From assembly GCA_950097015.1 (NCBI GenBank), contig CATNEN010000008.1, positions 2,790,001 to 2,854,000 of the forward strand: 64,000 bases of DNA, written 5' to 3'. The stretch is from Macrostomum hystrix (Eukaryota > Animalia > Platyhelminthes). This document shows positions 47,410-60,582 of the stretch, piece by piece. The translations under genes were made by a program, and so were the position numbers. Position 1 is the first letter of the stretch. Each line of letters begins with the position of its first letter. The notes below the pieces were generated by a model. That model was not told the origin of the DNA. It saw only the letters and a list, made by a program, of their open reading frames with translations, and did no database searches.

Positions 47410-47412
47410 ATG

Positions 47413-50023
47413 TCAGGTGGGAGTCTGCATGGGATCATCGACGATCATCTCGGAGGTCAGTGGGGTTCCATCGGCTGCAGCTCCGGCCGCGGTCGGCGTG
47501 GCTGCCAGATCGCAGGCCGAGCCGGAAGATGCAGTCAGAAAGCTGCTGACGTCGCCGCAGCTGGAGGTGCACAGCTGCTGCTGCTGCTGATGCTGCTGCT
47601 GGAGTTGAAGTGATAGGCTGGCCTGCTGAGAGTCTGATGTTGTGTCCATGCTGCAGTAGCTGGGCGTTGGGAGAACAGATGGAGATGAGGTTGATCAATA
47701 AGATAACAATACGAAGTCATTAATCAGTTAGCAATATTTATAAAAAATCAATAGCAAAATTAAACCAATCACTGCGAAGCCTTTGGTTCTTAAATCAGGT
47801 TTTTAGTCTAAAATAATAAACTTGGTTACCCCGACAACCCGGTTAATAAGCGACCGGATCAGTGGATACAACACCCAGATCCCAGCACACAATGCCCAGA
47901 TCCCAGCACACAATACGCAGATCCCCAGCACACAATGCCTAGATCCCAGCACACAATACGCAGATCCCCAGCATACAATGCCCAGATCCCAGCACACAAT
48001 ACCCAGATCCCAGCACACAATGCCCAGATCCCCAGCACACAATGCCCAGATCACAGCACACAATGCCCAGATCACAGCACACAATACCCAGATCCCAGCA
48101 CACAATGCCCAGATCCCAGCACACAATACGCAGATCCCCAGCATACAATGCCTAGATCCCAGCACACAATGCCCAGATCCCAGTGCCCAGTACTCAGATC
48201 CCTTATTCAGATACGCTTACGATCGCTCCCTGATGACTTCCATTGGCTGAAATTTGGGAAACAGTCTGGGACGCGACTGTTGGCCAAGCTGCGGGCTGCC
48301 GGTGCTCGGCAGCACCTGAAACGCCTTGACAACGCGTTCCGGCGTTACTGGCAACAGAGCGGAAGGCGGAGGAGACGGCCGTACGGGACTGGACTCCGCG
48401 GCGCCCCTGCTGGCGCTCTCTTCGCCGAAGCAGCCGCCGCAGCAGTTATTCACGTCCTCGTCGTCATCAGATATGATGGCGGCGAGATCAAAGAAGGCCG
48501 GAATCGATAGGATGGTCTGGGTGGACACTGTAATGGATATCGTTGAATTAATATTGATGGTTTCTACACTATCTACACTTTCTTTCATGTAAAACAAATG
48601 ATGCTTCTAGAATGAGTGTACACTGTGTGTTGGAGATTTTAGGGATAATAATATAATTGCAGGAGGGCTGCAGGCAATGGCGCATCATTTCGTGACGCTA
48701 TGACCCACAGCCAGCGAGGAGGCACACAGATACTGTACGCAGGCATACGCTCACACTGGTGTGTACATCTGCCCCGACTTTCTCATCTTCAGGCAATGTA
48801 CACTCTCACTGTGCATTGGAGGTTGGCCTTAAGGGCGTAAATTGCAAGCCACCAAGTCTTCACTCCGCGGCTGCGCCCCAAATGAAAGTGGCCTCGCCGC
48901 GGAATCGAGCTCAGAAACCTTCGTGCGAGAGGCAAACGCGTTAACGGCTCTGCCACTCACCCCCGGGGTGTTTCCGGGAACTGTGTGCACATTGTGGGTT
49001 GGAGTGTTTCCGGGAACTGTGTGTACATTGTGGGTTGGAGTGTTTCCGGGAACTGTGTGTACATTGTGGGTTGGAGTGTTTCCGGGAACTGTGTGTACAT
49101 TGTGGGTTGGAGTGTTTCCGGGAACTGTGTGTACATTGTGGGTTGGGATGTTTCTGGGTATTGTGTGTACATTGTGGGCTGGGGTGTTTCCGGGAACTGC
49201 GTTTGCAATTATCACAGGGGATTTTCAGGGAACAGGGCGTACATTGTGCCCCCAGGTCACTAGGACTGTGTGTGCATTGCGGGTGAGCATGTTACTGGGA
49301 ACTGAGAGTACATTGGGGCGGGGATATTACTGGACCGATGTGTCATGTCACTCGCAGGTGGGTTCCAAACAGGCGCTAACCATTCCATTTGGGTGCCGAG
49401 GAAGTCTCCTGGCAGTCTCCGTGCGGCTCCGAGAAGCCGCCGTAGCCACCGAAGCCGGAGGGCGACGGTGCGATAATCTGCGACTTGAAATAGGCCTCTA
49501 TGGCGTCCTGCACGCAGAACTGCGAGTCCCAGTGCGCGGTCAGGCGGGCACTGTAGGCCTCCTGCTTCAGAGCGGTCTCCTCCGAGCTGTCGATGATGTC
49601 AGGACAAACTCGAGCTTTGGCATCTGGCGACAGTGCGACCGCGGCGGCGGCTACAGCTGCAACAGCTGCCGCTGTGACAGCGGCGGAACCCGCTGAAGGC
49701 GGCGTTGTGGCGAAGACGCCCGGACTCATGACCAGGCCGCCGTGACCACCCCAGCAGCCGTTAGGGTCCCAGCGCAGGAAGGGATTATAATAGCGGGCAC
49801 CGCTAGGCGTGCGCAAGCTGACGTCCATTGCGCCACCGGGGCCATGATTCCACAGAAGCTCGTAGCCACAGCTGGACGACTGCGGCTGCTGCTCCTGCTG
49901 CTGCTGCTGCTGCTTGGTTGGCGTGCTAGAGCTGAATAAATGAATGCGAGTAGGAGGGGCATCTGGAAGATCGCTTTCTAAGAAGGATAATAAGACATCC
50001 AGACAGCCAGACAGACAGATAAG

Positions 50024-50069
<46 letters not shown>

Positions 50070-50329
50070 TAAGGGCAGATAGACAGACAGGACAGACAGA
50101 CAGACAGGACAGACAGACAGACAGGACAGACAGACAGGACAGATAGACAGGACAGATAGACAGACAGGACAGATAGACAGACAGACAGGACAGACAGACA
50201 GACAGACAGGACAGACAGACAGACAGACAGACAGGACAGACAGACAGGACAGATAGACAGACAGGACAGATAGACAGACAGGACAGACAGGACATGACAG
50301 ATAGACAGACAGGACAGATAGACAGACAG

Positions 50330-50365
<36 letters not shown>

Positions 50366-50667
50366 GGACAGACAGATAGACAGGACAGACAGATAGACAG
50401 GACAGACAGACAGGACAGACAGATAGACAGGACAGACAGATAGACAGGACAGACAGATAGACAGGACAGACAGACAGGACAGACAGACAGGCAAGATGAA
50501 CATCCAGCCGAAGCGAAGGCAAATGCCAACCTGAATTTGCTAGGCGACAAGCTGCTAGCAGGAGCTTCGCCGGAGCCGCTGTCGGCGGCAGTCGGAGGCG
50601 GATGCGGGCAGTCGCTGCCAGTCAGAGACTCCATGCGGAAGTCAGAGTCGGTCAGCGAGGATTCCAT
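47413..50667 (-). CDS. BORA: Bora (aurora borealis; Aurora-A/Plk1 activator), ~413 aa; exons 50531-50667, 49381-49931, 48221-48527, 47413-47659
   Basis: Phase-consistent GT-AG splicing. Motifs in Bora order: [23 protein letters not shown] (cf. WSIDQLAVINPVEID), [17 protein letters not shown] (cf. QKAIEEFFTKDVIVPSP), [18 protein letters not shown] (cf. CQTLLSLPVDFNLENIL), and a later SSP. Vertebrate comparisons are from memory. Confidence 0.82.
47870..48200. repeat. 21/22-bp minisatellite (CAGATCCCAGCACACAATGCC) in Bora intron 3
   Basis: Direct periodicity. Confidence 0.93.
48645..48964 (-). mobile_element. tRNA-derived SINE, near full length, in Bora intron 2
   Basis: Head (minus strand) GGGGGTGAGTGGCAGAGCCGTTAACGCG...GAGCTCGATTCC gives A-box and B-box; ATT-rich tail. 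Confidence 0.88.
48965..49330. repeat. 36-bp minisatellite (GTTTCCGGGAACTGTGTGTACATTGTGGGTTGGAGT), degenerate at the right end
   Basis: 36-nt periodicity. Confidence 0.9.
50001..50491. repeat. (GACA)n-derived low-complexity array in Bora intron 1
   Basis: AGAC/GGAC/AGAT tetramers. Confidence 0.93.
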
Positions 50668-51894
50668 CCGGATCTGCAAGTGAGTCATAGGCGCTTTCAA
50701 TACCCGCAATCGAATTATAGTAATTAAGGGATTCTGAAGTTCAGCCTCACCTTACAAAACGCCACACCCTGCCAAAATTCTACCCCAGCAAATGCTGGTA
50801 CCCTTTTACACATGGGTGAACTGAAGCTGAGAATCGAACCACTAACCTCTCTGTCGGAAGTCCTAAGCTCTAACAGCACAGCATCCACAAGCATCTCTAC
50901 AAGTTCTCTACAAGTTTGCTACTTGCTACAACGGAAAAACGCAAGCACATGAAACTCAAGAACACGGGCCAACGCTTTGTTGCGCATCTTCTGAAACAAT
51001 AATCAAGTCGCCAGCTCTCAAGACCGTCGAGATATTCAATGTTTCTGGCCGAAGGTGCGCCTCAGTGCGGCCTTGCCAGGCCTTCAAAATTTATCAGCCT
51101 GTCACCCGAATATGCCTGCATCATCTCCGTCTTCGGCGGTGGTCACCTACCTTATCTAGACGGATTTGCTGGACCTTCAAGGGCTACAACAGGTGGAAGT
51201 AGGCCACTATGGACACCCTGACGCGAATTCCTCCAATTTCGCTGATCAAGCCAAAATATTAGGCGCAGCTCAACCACAGGACACCATCGTCTAGTCTGTC
51301 AACCAATCAGTCACCAGTCAACGCTGTTAGCATTCAGGCGCTGCCAAGATGACTTTCAGGGGGAATACCCCATTGGTTTAAAAACGGGCGGCAAAATGGC
51401 TTGGTAGTCCTACTGTTAATTAATTAGGCTAAAGCTAAGAACGAACTCAAAAGAAACAAAACAAAATCTCAATCAACATGTGCTTGAACAACAAGATGTA
51501 ACTTTGCCACATGGAATTTGTATTGCGTTGTATCGGACTATGGGACTAAACTATGGAATTAAATCGAACTAAATGGACACACAATTAGGTATTTAACAGA
51601 AAATTAAATGCTGTTTTAACTTCGAATGCGACAAGGTGACGAAGTATGTCTGTTAGGCGAACAGACAAATGTACTTTACTGAAAAGTTGTAACAAAAATA
51701 ATTAGAATATTTTTGTTTATTACTTTTATTAATTAGGTAAACCTAATTTGAAATGCAGAGATTGAACTAATTATAATTGTCTTGTGAAATTTTTCAATAA
51801 ATAATAATAACGAAACTGCGCACACTAGCCTACTGACAAGTGGCAGCAAGTAGCAAGTTTAGCGCATGATTAAAAATAACTGCGACAGCATTCG

Positions 51895-52428
51895 CTACTG
51901 CATGCCGGTGCTGCCGTAGCCACCGGAGCCGCGCTCGGTCGAGTCGAGCTCGGCCACTTCAACAACAGGCGGCGTGGCCACCACCTCCAGCAGCAGCTGG
52001 GCGATGCGGTCGCCGGCTCGCACCGGGAAATCCTCGGTGGCGTGGTTGAACAGCACCACACCGAGGTTGCCGCGGTAATCGGGATCGATCACCCCGGCAC
52101 CGACGTCGATGAAATTCTTGGCAGCCAGGCCGGAACGAGGCGCAACGCGTCCATAGCAACCGCTTGGTATGGCAACAGCCAGGTCGGTTGGCACAATAGC
52201 CTTGCCGCGGCTGGGAATCACAGTGTCCACCGCCGAACAGAGATCGTACCCGACTGCGCCGGCCGAGCTGCGAACCGGAGGTCGGGCGCGCTCCGAGAGA
52301 CGCTTGAAGAGCAGCGGCTGCTGCTGCTGCTGCTTAACCGGAGCCAGTTTCACATTGTCAATGTCGGATAGGGCGCGCTTTGCTGGCGGAATGGGCGAAG
52401 CGGCACTATTGCTGACGGAATTCTCCAT
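51895..52428 (-). CDS. DUT: Trimeric dUTPase, intronless, 177 aa, with an N-terminal basic (NLS-like) PPAKRA segment
   Basis: All five motifs present: [56 protein letters not shown] at about 51725-51730. Confidence 0.97.
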   Translation of the reverse strand: MENSVSNSAASPIPPAKRALSDIDNVKLAPVKQQQQQPLLFKRLSERARPPVRSSAGAVGYDLCSAVDTVIPSRGKAIVPTDLAVAIPSGCYGRVAPRSGLAAKNFIDVGAGVIDPDYRGNLGVVLFNHATEDFPVRAGDRIAQLLLEVVATPPVVEVAELDSTERGSGGYGSTGMQ

Positions 52429-53505
52429 GACTGGCTGCTAATAGACACTGTCCAATGACCAATTGATGCAAATTGAGGTATTTCGCTTGTCAACCGCTGA
52501 AACAGCTGAAGCAGGAGTTTTTTCATTAAAAAATATTAGGAGTAGTAGTAGAAATATTAACCCGTGCCCACCATTCAAGGTCTCAACGAGCAAAAACATC
52601 ATCCAAATGATGAAAGACATTCTCAATTCTGATGTCAAAAAAAGAAGATTCCAGTGTTCAGTTTGTATCTGTGTACTTTTGAATTGGTGCATTCCAAGAA
52701 GGGCAAATAGACAAGATTTGTGTGACACAAGATTGTTCATTTTAAACTGTTAAAACTGACAAATTTTAAGACGGAACAATCAGAATGACAAAGGACTGGC
52801 GCTCTATATAATATGAACCAATGAAATAGTACTGGCCTTCAAAAGACAAGTCAGCTTATTAAATAATGTGTGACTGGACTTCATTATGATTACGGTAAAT
52901 GGTAACAAAAGACACAGAACACAGAAATTGAAAAAGCAACTAAAATATGAATCGACTCGAGAAGGACAGTTACAAGCGCAAAGCAGAGCCACATAGTGGA
53001 GGCCACGGTCTGGGGTGGGGGGTATATTTCAGTACTCAATTAAACAGCTGTCAAGCAGGTGGACTGTACTACAAGTTTATTTGGAATGCGCCAACGCTAT
53101 GCAAAATATTAATTAGAAAAACAAACAAACAAAAAATCAATCACAGACTTTTGAAAACGGCTAAAAAACTACATTTAGATTTAGCAGGACAGTTCACAAA
53201 AAAACAAAAGAATTTATTTTTCGAACGAATTAATTCAACAATTAACTTATAAACACTTAAAAAACTGACAGCTAAGAATAAAAATAATACAAAATAACTT
53301 CCTACAAAAATAAGAATATAAAATTTGATTTCTTCAAATTTAGCAAAGCAAGAAGCAGGCAATTGGGAGAAGATGAAGCTATATGCACTTTAAGCATATC
53401 AGAAGTTAGGTTCCAACGCTGCAATGCGAGGCATGGCGCTGTGAAATCAGAAAGAGAGACAAAACAGACAACACTAGAGCGGGAAAGAGTGACAGTCGGT
53501 TGACA

Positions 53506-55467
53506 TCAAGGCGGCGGTTCTGCGGACTGCGGCGCGGCGCCAGCAGCCGCCACCGCAGCAGCAGCAGCAGCGGCAGCCACGCCGGTGGTTGCCTCGTCGC
53601 TCAGACTGGCGCATCGTCTCAATGAGGCCGCCGATGAGCCTCCGGCGACGCTGCCTCCGCCGCTGCCGCCGCTGCGCCCGCCTACAACGCCGCCGCCGCT
53701 AGGATATGCAGAGTGCACAGGCGAGGCCTCGTTGCTGCTGGCCGCAGTCGTGGAAGCCGCAGCCGACGCTGATTCCTGCCTCGGTTGAATTGACAAGCGC
53801 CAATCGGCTAGGATGCCCCGAACTATGCTCAAAATGAGTCTGTGCTCGTCTTCAACGTCTAGCGGCTGCGACGGCGGAGGCGGTGGCGGCGGCGAAGAGG
53901 CCTCAAAAGAGGCGGCTGCGCCATTATCTGGCTCTTCAACAGACGCCGCCGAGGACGGATCAACGTCGAGCTCCTGGTCAGCTAGCTGGGTTGGCACGGA
54001 CAAGTCGGCGGTTTGCCAATCGGCGAATAGCCAGTCTCTGTACACTATGATGGACTTGGTGAGGCCGATTAAATGGGCAGAATCCGACACTAGGGTCTCC
54101 TGGGCTCGCTGGCCAAAGAGCGACGGGGCAAACACCATGGCCAGGTTGTAGACCCTCATTCTATTGCTGGCGCTTAATTTTGCCACCTTGGCCAGGTGTC
54201 CAACTAGGTACTGCAAGGTGCGCCTGTGACACTTGTGCTGGGGATGCTCAGAGTGCTCCTCCATCATGCTTAGCAGGCGGTGCAATTTGAGCATACGGCC
54301 GCTGTGCTCGTGCAGTTGCTGGGCGGAGACAAAGTCGTTATAGTACACTGCTGGAATCAGGGGATCTGGTAACTGGAGTAGAAAACGTTTGAGCACATTT
54401 GCAACTACATTGTGCTCCAGCCAGAGCTCGCAGGCCGGATCCATTTCGCCAGGCGGCTTGGACAGCTCTGCCTCGAGAGCGTCAATGTTGCGCGCGTTGC
54501 CGCTAACCCGATAGAGGCCTTCGCGCCTGAGGCCGGTAGCTTCGAGAACCCGGCAGCACAGCTGCACCAGCAGGGGCACACCATCCGTGCCCATGGGGCA
54601 AAGGTGCAGCGGAATGCCGTAGGATCCGACTTTATTAGAGGCTGTCGCCACCGTCGCCGCTGCGGCCGCAGCTGACGCGCCCGAGGATGCTGTGGCCGAC
54701 CGACCGGGCGGCGGAGGCGAGCCTGGCCATAGACGATTTGTGCGCAAGTTGCGCAGCAGGCCCAGTTTGAAGGGCCGGGGAGAGCCGCCACCTCCGCCAC
54801 CGCCAGAACCGCCGCCACTTCCGCCAGTCTCATCCACACTGGCACTATTAAGCATTCTCTGTTGTTGCAGGCGAGATCGACGGGTAAAGTGCTGCTGTTG
54901 CTGCTGATGATGGTGATGAGCTCTCGATGGCGTCAGCGGCGTTGGAAACGCTGCCAGACGCTCCTGCAGCGCCCGCAGATAGCGATCCTCGTCGTGACGA
55001 AATACCAGCTGCCAGTCGGGTGTCGTTAAACGCAGCTTTCGCCGCTTGTAGCTGGTGCCGCACTCTCGGCCAATGGCAATGGTCAGCTGCTGCTGCTGCT
55101 GCTGCGGACTACTGCCGTAATTATCAGAGACTGGCAATATAGTCAAACTAGCATCGCGATCAATGCGAATCCACGCTTCAATTGTATAGGCGCCGGCTGT
55201 ACCAGAAGAGGCCGGTGTGGTCGGGGCCGAAGGCGCAGCCTGGAGGCAAGCACGTGGAATGAAAGAGGAGTAAGGCAGTGAGGATGGGGTTGAGGCTGGA
55301 TCAACTAAAAAAAGGGCGGGTCGCAGAGTTAAAAGAGAGCGTCGTGCCGCCGCGTGGCCATGCGCGAGCACAGAAGAGACAGGAGGAGGATACGGAAGGA
55401 TAGAGAGAAATTTTGGAGAAGCAGAAATGAGAGTTTTGAAGAAGACGAGAGTCGAAATCGAAACAGC

Positions 55468-55498
<31 letters not shown>

Positions 55499-58400
55499 GG
55501 GAGCAGACGAGTTTGAGCGGGGCTGCGCGGTAAGTCCAATGGCAGAGGGTGGCAGACAGCTAGTGGGAGAGGAGGAGACGACTGGATCCGAGCCGTGGTA
55601 CGAAGGATAGAAGGGTGGAGAGGAGGGCGGGCAGAGAGTGAGTTGGAGAGAGAGCGACAGAGACTAGTCAGAAAAAACGGTGGAAGAGGGCTAGGGGGGG
55701 TAGATGGGAGGGAAAGCGTTTCGGCTCCTGGGAGGTGGGCTATGCGCGGGCAGCAAACGAGACACGGGGGGAGGTTAGACAGACCGAGTGCTGGGAGCCC
55801 GGAGGGTAAAGGGAGGGGAAATATTTGCACTGCCATAGTAGAAATGAATTTTCCCTCCTCGGTTCGCTCTCTCTCCAACCCCATAGCGTTAGCCGCAGTC
55901 AGGCCGCAGAAAATCTAGCCAACCCCGGCTAACTCCCAGCATCCGTCGATTCCCAATCCAAGCAAACCAGAAGAAGGAGAGATCGGAACAACCCGGGGAG
56001 CGGGGGGACCCAAAATCTCGCCCCCCTCACTCGGCAGCATACACACCAACCCCGATATCACTCCGCTCCTCCCAAACTAACCGCGCTAAGCTCCCTCCCT
56101 TCTAAAAAAATCCAATCTCCTTTCTTTTTCCGCTTAAATCTCTTTCTCTCTCCTCGCTGATGCTTCAAAGCAGACGCTGGCTAGTGGACAGACATAGTAG
56201 GTGGCATTGGTGGCACAACACTGGCATAGAATGAGGAAGAGAAGGAGAGAGCGGGTAAAAAAGGTTTCAGAGGGTCCGAGAAGGGGGAGAGACTCAGCAG
56301 CGGGAATCGAGCATCGCGCGGCAGCGACGCAGCGAAAGGCGGCAAGCAAAAAGGCAGGAGCATATCCAGCCTGTGAGAGAAAAACGGGGAAGGAGGGAGA
56401 GAAAACTGAAGAGGAGTGCACAGAAGAGAGGGGCTTCTAAGCACGACCGCCCCACGCTATCCGCTTCTGCTACTGCGGAGACGAAGAGAAACAGACAGAG
56501 ACCAAGCGGCAAGTCAAATTGGACAAGTGGGAGGTCTCGATCCAGCAGCCGCCCCAGTCCTGCCGAACTCGTTTCTCCAACCCATTCAACTACTGCCTAC
56601 CCAAGTCGGTACTTGTCCTTTAAAATTACATCCCAATCCTGCTCCCTTCTCTTCCAATCGTTATTTTATTCGCTCCTAAAAAGGAGCATACAAACCTGAA
56701 ACAAAAAATTAAAATTTAGCTGCTGATCATTATCACACTTTCTAACTTGGTGGCAGCGGTGGGGTTGACGCTGATCATTATCACACTTTCTAACTTGGCG
56801 GCAGCGGTGGGGTTGCCGCTGATCATTATCACACTTTATAACTTGGTGGCAGCGGTGGGGTTGACGCTGATCATTATCACACTTTCTAACTTGGTGGCAG
56901 CGGTGGGGTTGCCGCTGATGATTATCACACTTTTTAACTTGGTGGCAGCGGTGGGGTTGCCGCTGATGATTATCACACTTTCTAACTTGGTGGCAGCGGT
57001 GGGGTTGCCGCTGATCATTATCACACTTTCTAACTTGGTGGCAGCGGTGGGGTTGTCGCTGATGATTATCACACTTTCTAACTTGGTGGCAGCGGTGGGG
57101 TTGCCGCTGATCATTATCACACTTTCTAACTTGGTGGCAGCGGTGGGGTTGCCGCTGATCATTATCACACTTTCTAACTTGGTGGCAGCGGTGGGGTTGC
57201 CGCAAATCATTATCACACTTTCTAACTTGGTGGCAGCGGTGGGGTTGACGCTGATGATTATCACACTTTCTAACTTGGTGGCAGCGGTGGGGTTGCCGCT
57301 GATCATTATCACACTTTCTAACTTGGTGGCAGCGGTGGGGTTGCCGCTGATCATTATCACACTTTCTAACTTGGTGGCAGTGGTGGGATGTAGTCAGAAC
57401 AGACTTTGGTAACTCCAAGCCACAGTAATCTTTAGGCTTATTCCTAACGATACTTACATGACCAGCTACATTATTGTCAGATTTAAATTTGGACCGATTG
57501 GGATTAAAAATCCATTGACATAACCCAAACCCTAATATCAATCAATTCTCCGCGTGTTTAATATCCACTTAAAATTAGGCGGCAGCGGCAGCAGCAGCAG
57601 AAAAAGCAATCACAGCGTAGAGGCGGTTTTGCACCAGCAACGGCAGCAGCAGAACAGTGGCAGAATTGGCATTAACGTCAATAGATTGCGCTTCCCTTCT
57701 TCCTTCCCTCCTCCATCCAGCACCCGTTAGAAAAGGAAGTGAGTAGTGGAAAGAGACGCGGGGAAAGGAGATGAGGCGGAGGCGGCAGCGGCGGCGAAGG
57801 AAAGGAGGGGATCTAGGGTGGATTGTGGGAGGAAGAGCTGAAAGAGAGAGAGAGGAAAAAGTATGGGGTTAGAGACGAGACGAGATGGAAGGCTGAAGGC
57901 ATGTGTATACTGGTATATTAGTGTGTGCTGACAGCGCGCGTGAGAAGCAAGAGTAAGGACCGAGCTTAGGCACATAGGGTTAGGGTTTAGGAATCGGGGA
58001 TGAGGTAAGGGGCGTGTGAGAAAACTGCATCGAGAGACGGATAGGAAAAGTGCCTGATGGGAAAAAGCGGAGATGGGATCGAGGATTGGTGATGGGGGAG
58101 TCTGCGGGAATTATAGTCAGGATCAAAAGGAGTGAGCGGATGAGAGTTCTGGGGATACTATAGATCCATTTTAGGGGGATTTAGGGCTGCGACAGAAAAA
58201 AACGGAGAAGCGCTTGCAATTCTACTCATTTACATTTCATGATGCGATACCACTGGGAATGACAATGTGACAGCGATTGCTATTTTAATAAAAAATCAAA
58301 ATGCAGCTGTGAAATAAGTTTCTTTTTTATAAATAAAATAGCTGCAAATACAAAGGCAAGCCTAGTCTCACCTTAGCATTAGCCGTCTCGCCACAATTCG

Positions 58401-58686
58401 CCAAACGTTCCACAGTTACAGTGAACACGGCCGACTCCAAGTCCAACGAGCTGGCTGTGGACAATTTACCTGGCGTCAGCGAGACTGGGGGCGAAGCGCT
58501 GCCGACAACGGCGGCGCCGACACCGCTTCCACCGCCGCTTCCTGGTGGCGTTGCTGGACCATCTAGGGCGTCAACAGAGTGGGCGCGTCTGCTACCACCG
58601 CCGACAATGCCGAGGCTGCAGGCGGCGCGTGAGAGCCGGCCAGGCCTGTGGCTGCTTTCGCCTCCGCCGCCACCTCGGGAAGGACT
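53506..58686 (-). CDS. ARHGAP21/23-like PH-RhoGAP protein; exons 58372-58686 and 53506-55239; 5' exons not located
   Basis: RhoGAP: YGIPL..C..VPLLVQLCCRVLE..GL..EGLYRVSGN (arginine finger), VANVLKRFLLQLPDPL, NRM...NLAMVFAPSLF, DWLF. PH-like: SYKRRKLRLTTPDWQLVFRHDE. Good acceptor CTTGCCTCCAG| at 55240. The upstream 315-nt phase 0-0 exon is open and bounded by CAG|...|GTGAG. Confidence 0.85.
56722..57387. repeat. 48-bp minisatellite, ~14 copies, in the RhoGAP intron
   Basis: 16-codon periodic translation (AAVGLPLIIITLSNLV)n. Confidence 0.95.
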
Positions 58687-59829
58687 CTGGGAAAATTATG
58701 AAAAATACTTATTAGTAAAGTCACTGACCTAAAATAAAATTGTACAGAGTGTCTGCATCATAGCATCAAACAAAACGGTACATTAGCTATTAGAGGTTAA
58801 AGCTATGCACGTCAATTTGCAAAACACATTTGGCCAACATATAAAGCTGACTTGATGAGGCTGCCTCATCAAACACTAAATATAATTATTTAATTTTATA
58901 GAACTATGATAAACAATTATTTAATTGAAACAATGCATGCCAGATTGCGCATCCATTCAAATATAACGCATAGCTGACAATTCGACAACAAATCGAAAGC
59001 AGATGGGCCCGATTTCGCACTACAGTGACCGCATTCTCTGCGTGATCCGATCCGGAAGAGGCAAATGAGTGGACTGGGAGGAATGGAATGGTGCGATGCT
59101 GGGAATTCCCAAATCAGGCCTCTTCCCTAATCCTAGCCACACTGAAAGCGATTTACCATCGTACAAATTCCCCTCATAGTCGCACAGCACAAAATCTAGT
59201 TTCAGGCTAAGCGAAAAAAATGCTCACTCGCCCGGAACCCAACGCCCGGGCGCATTCTAATACTTGTCGATGCGCGGGGTTGTAGAGAAGCTGGGAGAGC
59301 TGGGAGAATGCAGACTGATGACGGCTACTTATGCCGCGATGACTTATAGGATTTAGCATGACGAATTATTCTCAACCCTTTCCCACATGGAAGCTTTTAT
59401 CATTAAATTGTCAGCCAAGACGGAACTCTTGAGTGTCTTTAGCATCAACGGAATCGAATTTTCAACCAAAACCTTGCAGCTTTACAGCATTTTACAGTTT
59501 CAAATAAAATACTTAGCTCTGGATCTCGCAAGGAAATTCTTTACAATGTATCTGGCCCGTATTTCGTCATAAAAAGAAATAGCAACTACGGCTTTTTGGC
59601 TGATTTTAAAGACAAAATTCAAATTTTGAAGTCCTTCAGATAATTATAAAAACTTCGAAGTCGTTTTTTAGTAATTTCGCAAAATATCGGTTTTTAATCC
59701 AATTTCTCTAAAAAGCAAATTAACTTGTATAGAGAGAATAAAAAAAGACAAAGGTAATTTTTTTGCAAAAAATTATTTATGCAGGGTTGTAAAAAAACTG
59801 CGTAAGAAGAATCAGCTATCCTGATTCGT

Positions 59830-60582
59830 CTGCAGCATCATCAAATCCTTAATTCAAGATGGACATTAGTCTGCAGCATCATCAAATCCTAAATGCAAGA
59901 TGGACATTAGTCTGCAGCATCATCAAATCCTTAATGCAAGATGGACATTAGTCTGCAGCATCATCAAATCCTTAATGCAAGATGGACATTAGTCTGCAGC
60001 ATCATCAAATCCTAAATGCAAGATGGACATTAGTCTGCAGCATCATCAAATCCTTAATGCAAGATGGACATTAGTCTGCAGCATCATCAAATCCTTAATT
60101 CAAGATGGACATTAGTCTGCAGCATCATCAAATCCTTAATTCAAGATGGACATTAGTCTGCAGCATCATCAAATCCTTAATTCAAGATGGACATTAGTCT
60201 GCAGCATCATCAAATCCTTAATGCAAGATGGACATTAGTCTCCAGCATCATCAAATCCTAAATGCAAGATGGACATTAGTCTGCAGCATCATCAAATCCT
60301 AAATGCAAGATGGACATTAGTCTCCAGCATCATCAAATCCTAAATGCAAGATGGACATTAGTCTGCAGCATCAACAAATCCTTAATGCAAGATGGACATT
60401 AGTCTGCAGCATCATCAAATCCTTAATTCAAGATGGACATTAGTCTGCAGCATCATCAAATCCTTAATGCAAGATGGACATTAGTCTGCAGCATCATCAA
60501 ATCCTTAATGCAAGATGGACATTAGTCTGCAGCATCATCAAATCCTTAATGCAAGATGAACATTAGTCTGCAGCATCATCAA
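59830..60582. repeat. 41-bp minisatellite (GCAGCATCATCAAATCCTTAATGCAAGATGGACATTAGTCT), ~18 copies
   Basis: 41-nt periodicity. Confidence 0.96.

Noticed and set aside
48880-48964. tRNA gene (also at 62700-62790 and 10691-10745)
   Set aside because: A/B boxes are present but continue into a shared non-tRNA body and tail. These are SINE heads; no convincing cloverleaf.
55240-55884. N-terminal ~215 aa of the 792-aa RhoGAP ORF as real coding sequence
   Set aside because: Pyrimidine-rich low-complexity translation ending in a strong acceptor at 55240, with a phase-matched upstream exon at 58372-58686. An alternative first exon from the ATG in MAVQIF cannot be fully excluded.
56747-57412. 221-aa hydrophobic ORF resembling a membrane protein
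   Set aside because: Pure 48-bp repeat translation inside the RhoGAP intron.
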